Positions 48,531 through 60,716 of a stretch of 64,000 nt of DNA are shown here, one piece after another (position 1 is the first letter of the stretch; the number at the start of each line of letters is the position of its first letter). A program made the position numbers and the translations under genes. The notes beneath the pieces are model-generated. The model was not told the DNA's origin and did not search any database. It saw nothing but the letters and a program-made list of their open reading frames with translations. Source of the stretch: Paraspadella gotoi (Eukaryota > Animalia > Chaetognatha); assembly GCA_051294375.1 (NCBI GenBank), contig CM119267.1, positions 1,875,448-1,939,447 on the forward strand, given 5' to 3'.

Positions 48531-50864
48531 CCGAAGACGGACGAATCGTGCCATTTTTCGCCCGCCCCAATAATTACTAGTAAAGACTATAAAGCAAAGA
48601 CATGTCGATCGAAGAGATAAATAAATAAAAAAATGGCTAAAAGCAAAGAAAGGTGGAGCAGCGACGGGCGTCGTAATAAAAGGACGCAATTTTTGGTGGA
48701 AAAAAGAAAAAAATGCGGAAAAAAGGAAAAAAATGCAAACTGCGGAAGACGCAAGCAAGAGGGCCAAAAAAAAAATGTCACGGAATTACGCAATGACAAT
48801 ATGTCTAGACTAGACTTGTACAAAAAAAACTTGATTGAGATTTTGAACATTAAAACGTTACTCACCGATATTTCTCTCTCTCTCTCTCTCTCTGTCTTCG
48901 ATGATGACGATGATTAGATTTTGGAGGGACAGCGACGGGATGCGAAGCTTCTATTCTTTCTTTATCTTTAACTTAACTGTTAAAAAAAAGGGAGAGAGAA
49001 AAAAAAATAAAATTCATCAAAAAAAAAATGGTCTAAACTGCGGGGCGCTGAGTGAGCGCCGATCTCGATTGAGCGAAAGAGAGAGATATCGCTTCATCGA
49101 AAACTTTTTTCCATTTCTCTCTCTCTCTCTCTCCCCCCCTTTTTTTTTTCTTACCCATTATCTAAACCAAACATCGCCGTCGCCTCTCACAATATCGCGG
49201 CGACATTAAAAAAAAAAATAAATCGGCGGCAAATTTTTTTTTTTAAAATTTCGATAGTATATTTTACCGATCACATCGATATATCTCTCTCACTTCAATC
49301 TCCGAGAGACGACGCCTTTCTACCATCGGCAAAAAAAAAAAAAAGGAAAAAAATGTCCTCAATTTTTTTCGTTTTCCGTCGGTGAGAGGATATCGATTTC
49401 GTGCCACTCAAATCTAGAGGACCATCTCCGTTCAAAATTAAAGAAAAACGGATTAAATTGGAAAACGATCCTCATAAGAGCCATTTGGCTAAAGCAGTGG
49501 GGAATGGCGGGCTCTTAGGTCGAACGCTTACCATTTGCTGACGAGGCGAACTTCGCTTACCTCGAGAATCGACTAATAAATGATGGGGGTCCAGAACATT
49601 TCGCGGAGTCGAGCCACGGTTTAAGCATTACTAAGCGATAGATGAGGCGATAATAGTCGCTCTGTTCCGAAACGATTCCAAATGGTGCGACTATCTGCCG
49701 AGAGTGGCGGTGGAACGAGCTTCGCGTTTGTAGATGCAAACGACGGCAAGGGGCGTTTCCCCAATCTCCGTGCACCACGGGACGCCCCTGGAAAATCGGA
49801 CAACGGGTGCCCCATAACGGTGGTCCTTCGGTTCCTGGAGCCAGAAATTTTCGTACATTGAGGTTAGTTTTTTTTTTTTTTCTCTCATATATATTTTTTT
49901 TTAAAAATAAACCAAAAACCTTTTTAACTCGCCTTTTATGTCTCTTCGTCTCTCTCTCTCTCTATTTTTTTTTCTATTCAGCATTTTATCTCATCAAACC
50001 GTCACGGCCTGCTCTCCTGAGGACTCGAACCGTCTGCTTGACGATTGAATCAGGAGTCGCCGGCGAGAGAAGAGATGAGCCGATCCTGGGAGAATTCGTC
50101 TCGGCGTTTTGCCGGGTTCCGGGTTCGGGGAGAGGCCTAAATCTCTCCTGATAAACGCCGCGATCAATTCGAACCGCGGCGGTCGGGCGTCCTTCCGACG
50201 CCGGCTCTTCCTCGGAAACTTTCCTTCGTGGTCGAGCGGGTGATGGAGTGTACGAAGAAGAAAAGTCAGTAAGCGCCAAGAATAGAAATCGTGGCTGTCA
50301 CCTCTCTGTCTTCTTTGTCTTTTCTTCCTCCACCTATTATCCTCCTCCCTTTCCTACTCCTCTCCCATCTTATTCAACTCCTCGCTCGCTCCTCTCCTCC
50401 CCCTCCCTCCTCCTCCTAACCATTCTACCGGCACCGACGAAAAGGCCAAGGGGATCGAAGAGAAAGGACCGTCCGTCGACAGAGCCGACCTATGACGAGC
50501 GACGACGGCACGACGACAGCCACTCAGAAGGAGAGGAGAAGAAACAACGGAGGGAAAAAGAAGACAAAAAAAAACGAAGAAGAAAAAACGAGAAGAAGAA
50601 GGAAGAAGTGGCCAATGTTATTGCGATCAACTTTGAATCTGTTTAAAACGATATATCTTTTTGAAATCTGTTTAAAACATATCATTTTTCTCTATCTCTT
50701 TCGCTGTCTAACTTTAATAGATCTTCTCTCTCTCTTCCTCTCTCTTATCTCTTTTGGTGCGAAACGAAAAAAATAATTTTTATAATAACAATTTAATTAA
50801 TGTACAATACAATACATTAATTTAATGTTATAATTTCCTTTTTTCTTCTTTTTTTTCTCGAACA

Positions 50865-53800
50865 ATGAGCTGCCCCAACGATCCCGGGCGCGATAATCGG
50901 CGCCAGAGCCAGGGACCCGCAAATTTAGACAGCCAGAATCTCTTTGTCGTCCGAAGCGGCGGCACGCTCTTGTTCTTGAACGAGGCGTTTTGGAGGTAAA
51001 TTTTCAGATCCTGTGTTGAGCTGCCTCTGAGTCCCGTTCTTGACGGGAACGAGAGTTTTTCAAGGAATTCTAAAGATATCGTGATTCAGTTGGGTTTTTT
51101 GATCGTGGCTCGGCATGTCTCCCTTGGCCCGAAATCTCTTGCGCTCGTCTTCGACTTTGCGTGCCGCGCAAAAGCGCGCACGCAAGTCCTCTCGGCGCGC
51201 GCACGCTTTGCGTGCCGCAGGGGGGGATCGCACCTCTCGCTGCAGCGGCTTGTTCAGCCTGCGCAGCGGTGAGTCGCCGCGGCTTGGTCAGCCCGCGGCT
51301 AATGTTTTCCGGAGGAAGAAGATTCGCGTTTCTTCTTCTCTCTTCTTCTCTCTTTCTTCTTCTTCTTCTTTAGCCTCGGAGTCGGAGGATGCATGACTGA
51401 AGTCACTGACGTCGAGAAGAAAAGTTTTTCGGTCTCCAAATTGGCGCATTTTTCAAGAAAGTCGTCGCCAATCGGCATTCGCCGATCGAAACTCGAGGGG
51501 TCGAGGAGGCGAGGAGAGGGAAGCAACTGCCCCGAACGTACGTGATACGACTCTATATCTCCGCGCCACCGTCTCTGCGCCCGGGAGGAGGTCGGAGGTA
51601 AAATCGTCCTCGGTCGTCTCGTCATCAGTCGTCGTGCTTTTAGCGTCGGCCTGATCTCAGGGGGCGGGTTGGACCGGCTCGTCGAGCACGGAAACGGCGT
51701 AAATTTCGGGCAGCAATGTTACAAGCTGCTAATTTATCGTCTGCTTTCCGCCAATGTTCGTCTACGAAAGAGAGAAAGAGAAAGAAAGAGAGAGGATTGA
51801 GGAGGAGAAAAAGTTGTTGTAAAACAAGTTAAAAATGAAAATGCGAAAGAAGAAAAAGAAGAGAGAGAGCAGAGAGAGAGAAAAAGTTACTTTTGAAAAA
51901 ACACGACCCTGGCTTCGGATTTCTCTCTCTGTAAGCCAAAAGAATCGAACGCTTTTCGCAGGCGGCGTTGTTGACAAAGACGAGGATGCTCCAAGGGATA
52001 TACGCTGGTGTCCAACATTCCGACCACTTGCCGAGGATCTCGCCAAAGTTGGATCGTTGCGCGTCTCCTTTGGCGATACTCAATGACAACAAACCGCCGT
52101 CCGTGGTCCGTGCGAACGAAACGACCTCGGGTCTCCCCTCGCAATCCGGAAACACCCTCTTGACGCCTTCGCCCCCCCATAGGTAAAATCTGCCATCAGC
52201 AGCTTGCTAGCGTCCAATATGGCGACGCCACCGAATGATCGGCGAGAAGTTTTGCCTTGACTCGCGCCAACTTGACGACTGGCCAAATTCGGCGAAACGA
52301 CGTTGAACCGAGTGAAAGTCTACTCTGGACGACCAGCTTGGGAGAGGTCGTCGGTGAACTCCGGACGCAGCTTGACGGTTTGACAAAGAGCCAAGCGATT
52401 CATTATCGGTATCGATCCTGCGGGCGATGACGATCGGTTAGTTACATTATTAATTATTAGCTTTAATTATTAACTATTAGTTTAATGTATTAATTTATTA
52501 GTTAATTATTAATCTAAATTATCTAATTAATTAGTTAATTAAAATTCCTAACTCCGAAACAGGAATTGCACACACACTTGAGAAGCGTCTTTCATGAAGG
52601 AAGTTTTCGCCAGTCTTTCTCTCGCGGCGTGGGAAATGAATCGCACGAAATCCTTCTATTAAAACGGGCTTTTCTGTCTGTACATTCGATCGCCGCAATG
52701 AAAGGGTCGCTGAGTTCCGACCAAACGACAGGGCGAAAGCGAGACTCTCTCTAGTCAAAAAGTATCTCTCTATGTCCAGTCAAGCAGGCTATCAACTTTT
52801 CCGTTCAACGCCCACTCTGTGAATTCGTACTTTCGTAGCCAGGGAGACGACTAACGGACTGAGTCTCGGAGTGCGAAGCTCTCTTTCTTCGGGGAGAATT
52901 GGGAAAGTCTTTTCATGGCGTGATGAAGATTGCTCCGGAGGGTTGCGCAGATCGACTTCGAGAATCAAGCCTTCGCCATCTTTCGTCCCGACGCGTGCAC
53001 ATTGCGCGCCAATTTCCGGGCCGTACAACTCGCTTCGAATCTCTTTACCAAACGATCATTGGACACGAAGCGTAACCGGGCGTTAAGGTAAGGCCAACCG
53101 CGGACAACTGGCGTACCGTAATAAACGAACAGGATGTGAATAAAATTTGTTTTTTTTTTTTGCCCCGCTCTTTTTTATTCCCCATTCTATTCTTACAGAT
53201 TGTATGCGCGTCCACGTGAACGATCAAACGCGTCGCCGAAAATTCTGGGGATCGTCGTCGTTGCTTAGCCGGATTCGTTCGGACGACACCGGAAAAAAAA
53301 TCGTGAGTTGAACGGGGAAACGAACCCTCCCCCTATAAAGGACGCAGAGATATGTTAATTATCATTAGATTTTTTTTTTTTTTTTTTTTGGGTTTGTTAA
53401 TTTATCTCTTCTACCTGAGCCATGGGATTCGAAGGCTAAAAAATTCTTGACGAGTTTTTTAAGTAGAAAATGAAGCTTCTATTTCCCAGAGAATTGAAAG
53501 CATGATGTCTTGAACTGAGAGAGACGCAGAAAATAAATATAAATAAATAAATACATAAATATCTCTTTCTCTTATCTTTCCTCATCTTAATCGCCAGCTT
53601 CCGCTGACGTAATAGGCTGCGGTTCGAGATTGAAAGTTTTGTCTGTCATCACACCTGCTAGTTCGAAACTATATCACAGAGAAATAGAGAATCCAGTTCT
53701 ATAAAAAATAGAAATAAATAAAATTGCGCCCCTCTTATTTCTTAATGAATTTATATATATATATATTCTCACGTGTAAATAACAGATATTCGCCAGAGTG

Positions 53801-56042
53801 TCGAAGCGACGAAGGCGCTCCCAGATCCTCAATTATCTCGAGTATTCCTCTTCGGATATCAATCGCTGCCGCCATCTTCGTTCGAAATTATTTCTCTCTT
53901 CGGTGCGGGTCGCGAAAAGGCGAGGTATCGTTTCAAAACGTCTCGAGACTGATGTAATTGAAGGGCCATGGTCATCTTGAACGCATGACAGGTCCGATCA
54001 GACTCTCGCGCCTGAAAAGGAATCGATTGACGTGAGCGTTAAGTCATGCGGAAACTATGATCGCGGGTGGACTCTTGCCTCGACAAGTTGCGCCAAACCT
54101 CTCCTCTCGACGCGCCGCAAATGAACAATGTATTTTGAAGCATTCTTTCGCCCGCGAATCCACGATATTTTCCCAGGGATCTGTTATCAAAAATTGTAAG
54201 AGTCCGGATGGTCAAGTAGCGATTTTTGTGGCAATCGCAACGAAAAAACCTCAAGCCTCTTTCGCCCTCATCATCCGTCTCTATTTTCGTCGTCGTCGTC
54301 GTCGTCGTCGTCGTTTCATCGTCGTCTTCGTCTTCTCGTCCCTCGTCGTCGACGCGCCTTCCGTTCTCGTACCACTCGATCGGTAACAATGATCGCACAA
54401 AAAAGTTGATGTCCAGCGGGTGTGAAAGGCGTTGCCCTTGGCCAATTACGTTGCCGATGTTTCTAGACCATCTTTGTTGGCTCCCACGCGCAGGCTTGAG
54501 AATGAGATTTGGGTCAAACCTTTCCGGCGCCTGATTAAAAAAAAAATTTTGTAAAGATGAGTCGAAAGATGAAAACGGCAATGCTTTCTTACTTTTGATG
54601 GAAAGCTACATTATCCATTTGCCCGATGATTGGTTTTTTGCGCGTTACAAAATCAGTAATGTGCTTTGAAACGTATGACTCCGAGCGATGATCGTGATGT
54701 CGCGTAACCTTTTCACCCTCCAGATTTCTCTTTTTGCCATGAAGAAGACCAAAAATCGGACCAGCTCAAGTTGAATGTCGATTCGGCTCTTCGTTCATCA
54801 CCCATTGGGAAGTTCTGTCGCAACAAAGCGCGATGATGATCGGAGTCCAGGCGCGGCCCGTTGAAGGAAGCGAAGACCCGGCGTTCGTCTCCCACGTATT
54901 TTCTCACGGGAAAGTCGTCCGAGGGTAGGGAAGATTTAATCTTATCGGCGAAGCTGATGCCGATAACTTGGTCCGATATTTCTTTCGCATCCTTGATCCT
55001 TGTTTACCAAGGATGATATTTGTTTGGCAATTTGAGCAACTATCTTAGCGTGAAGACTTTTCATGAGGACAGGAAATCTTATCCAAGACAATCGGCCTCA
55101 TCGCTCTTCATTTCTTTTATCTCCCTCTTCTCTAGGAACCGTGTGAACTGGACAGACATCTCGTCCTCAATATCGACGCGTAGGCCGACAGTAAGCTCAA
55201 CTCGGCGTGAAAAAAATTTTCCTGCGCGTCATAATGCCAACATTAAGTTCCTTCCGGTGATTAAGTTTCTAATTGGGCCGTCGCCGTACTTCTCGCCCGC
55301 CCATAAACGGAGTGAGCCGAAAACGTCGACGACTAAAGCGTGCTAAAGCAGGGACACTTTGATGCACAACGAACGACTTCCGTGCGATATTACCAAGACT
55401 GCGAAGAAGTAGTCGAGAAAGGTTGGTTATAGAAACCAGATGTCGTTCGCTATACTTGAAACGTTGTATCTTACATGCTCGATTCTTTTTTTAATTATTA
55501 AAAGATTACAAACTTTTAATATCCATTGGAACAGATTCGTTCTTATATAGAGACTTCTGCTACGGTATATATATTCTTTCTAATCCTTTAATCCCCACCT
55601 TCTTTTTAAAAATTGCATAAACGTTGATGCATAAATCGAGATTGAGTCTCTCGACGTGCGCAAAGGTGTTGGGCGTGGCCGGACAAGGTACTTGTTCTAA
55701 ATTAATTCTATGCTGATATTTTCTGTAACTACTTTCTAATTCAGGGTGACTGCGAGGTTTATACAGGCATGCCAGAAGAGCCAACTTCAAGCATATGGGG
55801 CTGCGCGATTTCACATTTACGACACATTTTTTATGAAGTAACCATTTAGGGGTAGGGAAGTGATGACCAAAAAGAGTCGTCTTTCCAGAATTTGGATAAA
55901 AACCCGCCAAGGTCAAGTCGGCTCGCTCAATTTTTGAATAGGAAATGTTAGACCCCATTTCGACTCTGTCGGATATTTGATTATACAGTTTAGCCAACAT
56001 GGTCGATAAGATTTTCATGATGCTGTCGCTCTCGTATATCAC
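50865..56042 (-). CDS. Protein-primed family B DNA polymerase, multi-exon and error-laden; true start probably further upstream
   Basis: N-terminal GSNI...TPKWLLHKKCVVNVK..ICLKLALLACL...INVY; exonuclease FD.NLIL (~54520); DSLFLCDIV; DIMLQF..VKIEL; LR|GGFVS; VDANNL|YG (motif A); GLILEVDL; KCVCNSCFG (motif B, ~52555-52580); AILDASKLLMADFTY; a DTDG-like motif C (~52100); LDTSVYPLEHP; RAKG; DDKR-like end. Confidence 0.9.
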
Positions 56043-59000
56043 GACGCTTCTTTGATCGAAAAAGAAAGAAATGTAGTTGTCGTCTCTTTCGTTATAAAAC
56101 TTGACGGAAAAGCATAAATGAATCTTTTAAAATCTTTCTCTTTTTCAGTTCTTTCTTTATTATCGGTAAAATTTCTTTCTTCAAGTGTCTAGTCTCTATC
56201 TCGTATGTTTCTGTGGCGAGAGAGGCACGAGTGAGAGAGAGAGAGAGAGCCACTGTGTGATAGAGAGAGAGAATGGTGAGACATGAGTTGGAACAAAAAC
56301 TCCAGACGACGAGGACCAAGGAGATGAAAAGGAGGAAAGGAAGAGGAAGAGGAGGAGAAAGAAAATAGAAAAAGGAAAAGGAAAAAAGAAAAACAAAGGG
56401 AAAAGAAGGTTGAGATTAAATGACAGACGGGAGAGGAAAGGAAAAGAAATAGCATTTTTAACGATTTTTATTATTTCCCACACTCCGCGAGAGATCGATC
56501 CAAGGTACACCAATATACTTCAGAATCTATCGTCATCCGAATAGCCTCATATGGCTATTAATATCCTGTCACCATTCCATCGCACGTTCCTAAGCAGAGA
56601 ATACTTGAAGACGGAACCTCATCCTAGTCTATTCATCTCTCTGACTGCGTCTAAATTTCTTCTAGAATTAGTCTATCGTCCCATACGTCAAATCGTTCGA
56701 CCTCAGAAGACGTATCTTTATCGTGGTTCTCCCTAGAGACATAGCTCGCCTCACCGGACCTCTTTCTCTCTCCCAGTACTCACTTCGGCAGGTCTCTCTC
56801 GATCGTGACACTGCTGAGCCCTAGAGCCATTTTCCTCTCATCGTCTTGATGAGTAGAGCAAAATTCCGCCACCCATGCTCTTTCCTGCCCTACATTCTCT
56901 AGCTTCTCGTTCAACCTCTTCTCCCTCCTGCTCTCCTATATCTAATACGTGCTCTCCTCATGTCGTCACAGCCTGCTCTCCTGCTCAAATCTCCTCACTC
57001 CGCACACTTCTGTTCTGGACCATTCGTCTTCTCTCTCCCCCTGCTCGCTTCTCGGTCGTCTTTTCGAGGCTGACAGTTGAAACTTGACCTCCGTTCATCT
57101 TGTCTCGTCCGTCTCTCTCTTCCTCCTCTTCTTCTCCTCCTCTCTCTCTCTTCCTCTCCTCTCCTCCTCACCTCTCTCCTCTCGCTGTTCGATCTCCTTG
57201 TCCCGTACCGGCGGGGTCTGTTGCACATCGTGACCAAGACGAGTAAGGAAGCTGGCTCCGCCCCTCTGCGGATGCGGATGAAGAACGAGCCCTTGCCTGA
57301 GGACGTGTGCGCCCTATGGCACAGGGCTCTCCCAGCGTCTAGCTGCTCGCATGAAAACCTCTCGTAACGGTCGGATCGGTCCTCGAGAGATTCTCGGAGG
57401 CGATGCGCGAAAGCAGCGTAGTTGAACGAGGCGAGTGGCGTTATAAGAAGATCGCGCGCCGATCTTCGCGGCAAGCGTCCGCCGATGGCTATGAGGAACA
57501 GCCCTGAAGGAGCTCCGCGCTAGGCCGTCGAAGCGGAAACGTCCAACTCCATATGGAAAATAACATGGCCAGAGCTGGGCTTGTGGGGAAGAGGGCGTCT
57601 ATGGTGCGGGAACTGTTTGCTCTCTCCGACGACGATCCTCTTGCTTGGTTCGGACTACCTGACTTTCTCGTTATTCTCTTCCTCGCCAACTCAAGTCGTA
57701 AGCTCGGCTCTCCATTCGTTCGATCCCTCGAGGCTCCTCCGGTTTGCATCGCCGATAAGCGTTCCGAATAAGTGATATCGCCTCCTCTGAAGTAATAGAA
57801 TAATAGTATCTGAAAATGGTAAAAAAAAAAAATAGTCATTAGAGAAACAATTTAAATTTCTATTCTTTCTTCAGACATTACCTAACGAAGAATTCAATTC
57901 TATTTTTGCCCATACTGCAGAATAAACTCGGCCGAAAGATAGACAATATCTGTTCCGTTAAAAATAACAACGGTGGTTATTAGTTCAGTGTTAGATAGAC
58001 ATCGAGTAACACATATAAGTCTCAGTCAGAGCGTATAACTCTACGGTTGAACCTCACAAACATTGGAAATAACAACAACTCGAAGAACACCACCACAAAA
58101 TGAAATCTCCACAAAGTACCACTCTTAAGTAGATCTAAATGATCTTCGGACGTCCACTGATTCTTACTCTGAGTCCTAACGTAATTTTTTTAACGTTACA
58201 TTGATATTTCTACTCGGAAGGAGCGGAGCGCTCTATCCAGTGAGCGCACGTGCACCATTTCGAGCATACAAGTTTGTAAAAAACGGATAAAGAGATCTCT
58301 ATCGTTATTTGACTTTTCGTTTTACCATTAAATCAATTATATGAAGTGGCATAATCATTCAAGAATCTTTATCAAATCAAGCTGATTTGTGATGTTAAAT
58401 GAGGCTCGAAGCTGCCCATCAATGTTATCTAGGATGTTGAGTATCACTACTAATGGTACTCTGCACTTACGCAACGTAGAAATACCATATCTCTCAAATC
58501 TTTTAATTTTTAGCATTTGAATTAAGAACCCTGGCAATATATGCAGGTCAATAGGATCAACAGAAATTTTTTTTCTTTATTGGACAAGTGAGAAACGAAA
58601 TCGTAGTTATCTCAAATTATACCATCAGTGAAATAATAAATACACTAATAATATATTATATATAATATAAATATATATATGTCGTTTATTTCGAATTCAG
58701 TATGATTCAGTACAGTTCAAGTGAACATCAAGCAATCACTTAGGTCTAGAAAAACATACAAATATGTGACAAAGAACAAAGGATATAATATATGGAGTAT
58801 TATGATCATCTGTAACCAAAAAAGAACCATTCTCTTACCTGAGTCCATCGACCCTCCGCTTCCTCTCGCAGTACCACTCCTCGCGCTCCATCCCGACATT
58901 CCATACTTCCTCGTCCACGTCTCCCACTCTCTTTCTTCTTCCCGTAACAAGACAATCCAGAGTCGGTCCTGTTGACCGCCACTTCTTCACATACTGCTCC

Positions 59001-59717
59001 ATCTCCTCTCAGAAGAAATTGTCGCACGCTCTTCTCTTCGGACACGAGATCTACTCCAGCATGGACAAATCTATGGTTTTCTGCTCCCATTTAGGGCTCT
59101 ATATGTTAGGTCCTTTCGGATGCATACGTTTTCCCGGGTTCCGTTTCAAAAAATGGAGATAGAAGAGAACAGAGAGAGAAGTAGTGGAGCAAAGAGGACG
59201 TGCTTGATATATGATAAAAATCCTAACTCTGATAGATGCGCGAAGTGCTGCGAGGACTAAAAATTAATGTAGAGGTGAGAGAGTGTGAGAGTGTGTGTGT
59301 GCGTATCTGCTCGTAACAGTGAAGTACAGGAATTTATGCCGATCGACTCTAGTGTCCCGAGATCCTCTCTTTCGTCCCTCCAATTATTTCATAAACGCGT
59401 CTGAAAAGATCAGATAGGTTCTGCGTGCGCGCCCGAATATCTGTAAAGTGATTGTTAGCTTTTTCATCTTCCGCTTTCGCATACTAGCAGTATTGCGATA
59501 GCAGAATTCTAACCTAACAGATACCAATCGTATCAGGCCGAGAGATTGACAGTTTTTTTATCGACGATATTTATCAACAAAAGAGAGTCGAAGTAAACTA
59601 GATTGATAGTCAGTATGAAGAATATAGCTTGGATCCAGACCAAAGTTTACATAACCCAAATATTGATTTTATAACAAATATCAAGAGCTTAGATTGTATA
59701 TGATTAGCCATCTGTTG

Positions 59718-60545
59718 TTAACGGAAAACATTGAATAAAGATATAAAGAGATCAAATTTTGAAGGTACCACTTGTAAGATCGGATACAATGATAAAGAAT
59801 AACCTTGATAAAAACGACAGCTACAATTCCCTTCGTAGGGATCGGAATAAAAAATATGTGGTGATTTAGTATTACAAAGCTTATTAACTTCTTTCTGCCA
59901 GTGTAGATGATATCGACAAAATAAGTTTTTATTGTCATCCTTAAAAATATTTTTGTGGGCGATGGAATCGTATCGCCATGACATACCCTCGTCGTTTAAA
60001 AGAGTAGAAAGCGAAAGACACGCGTCGTATCGATTAAACCATTCGCAAAAATGATGCAATTCTCGGCCAATCGCGCAAAGAATGATAAACATGTCCTTGG
60101 GCAGGTGATCGCGGTAATCTTGCTCCGGAGAAAAAACAAACTGAGTTAATTTCAAACCGGTAAGAACGTCCGGGATGGTAGTAACAGATCTGACGACTTG
60201 CTCCATGGAGACGTACAAAAGTTGAAGGTTCGGTGCCGAAGAGAGACTCATGATTCTCACGATGTCTCGCTTAACTCTGAGCCAGCGCAAAGGAGGGTCG
60301 AAACCGTAACGAAGAAACGTCGCGTTAGCCAGTTCGGTCGAATGATGAAGAGGATAAAAGTTTTCGTGGAAGATTCGATCGGCAGTCGTTAAAGTCTGCA
60401 AAAGACGCTTGACTAAAAAGCCATAGTGCGATTTGTGATAGTTTCGAGGAGGGGGTGAAACTTTAAGACCCGACCCCGGCGTTAAGTACCACTTATCTTT
60501 GTCCGAGTCATCTTCGCATAGTTCATCTTCCATGGAGTCGTTCAT
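59718..60545 (-). CDS. 275-aa orphan accessory protein with a Cys/His-rich C-terminus
   Basis: Clean complex ORF directly downstream of the PC4-like gene; FCRYHLHW...CSCRFY. No family recognised. Confidence 0.7.
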   Translation of the reverse strand: MNDSMEDELCEDDSDKDKWYLTPGSGLKVSPPPRNYHKSHYGFLVKRLLQTLTTADRIFHENFYPLHHSTELANATFLRYGFDPPLRWLRVKRDIVRIMSLSSAPNLQLLYVSMEQVVRSVTTIPDVLTGLKLTQFVFSPEQDYRDHLPKDMFIILCAIGRELHHFCEWFNRYDACLSLSTLLNDEGMSWRYDSIAHKNIFKDDNKNLFCRYHLHWQKEVNKLCNTKSPHIFYSDPYEGNCSCRFYQGYSLSLYPILQVVPSKFDLFISLFNVFR

Positions 60546-60716
60546 CTTGTTTAATCAACCTAAACGATTAAGCACCCAGCGCGCGCGCATTGATTATTTA
60601 ATGAAGCATCGCAGTAAAAATGATAACATATTTTTTTTTTAAATTCAATCAACCATCGTTTAGATACATAACTTTTTTTTCATTTTTTCTTCTTATAAAA
60701 AAAGAAGAAAAAAGTT

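Noticed and set aside
54039-54581. 180-aa ORF with poly-Thr as a separate gene
   Set aside because: It starts inside a PolB intron and drifts between frames over a (GAC)n tract within the PolB exonuclease region.
55870-55905. GFYPNSGKTT in PolB as a Walker A motif
   Set aside because: It aligns with the Y.PL.G segment of the pPolB N-terminal region and has no Walker B partner.
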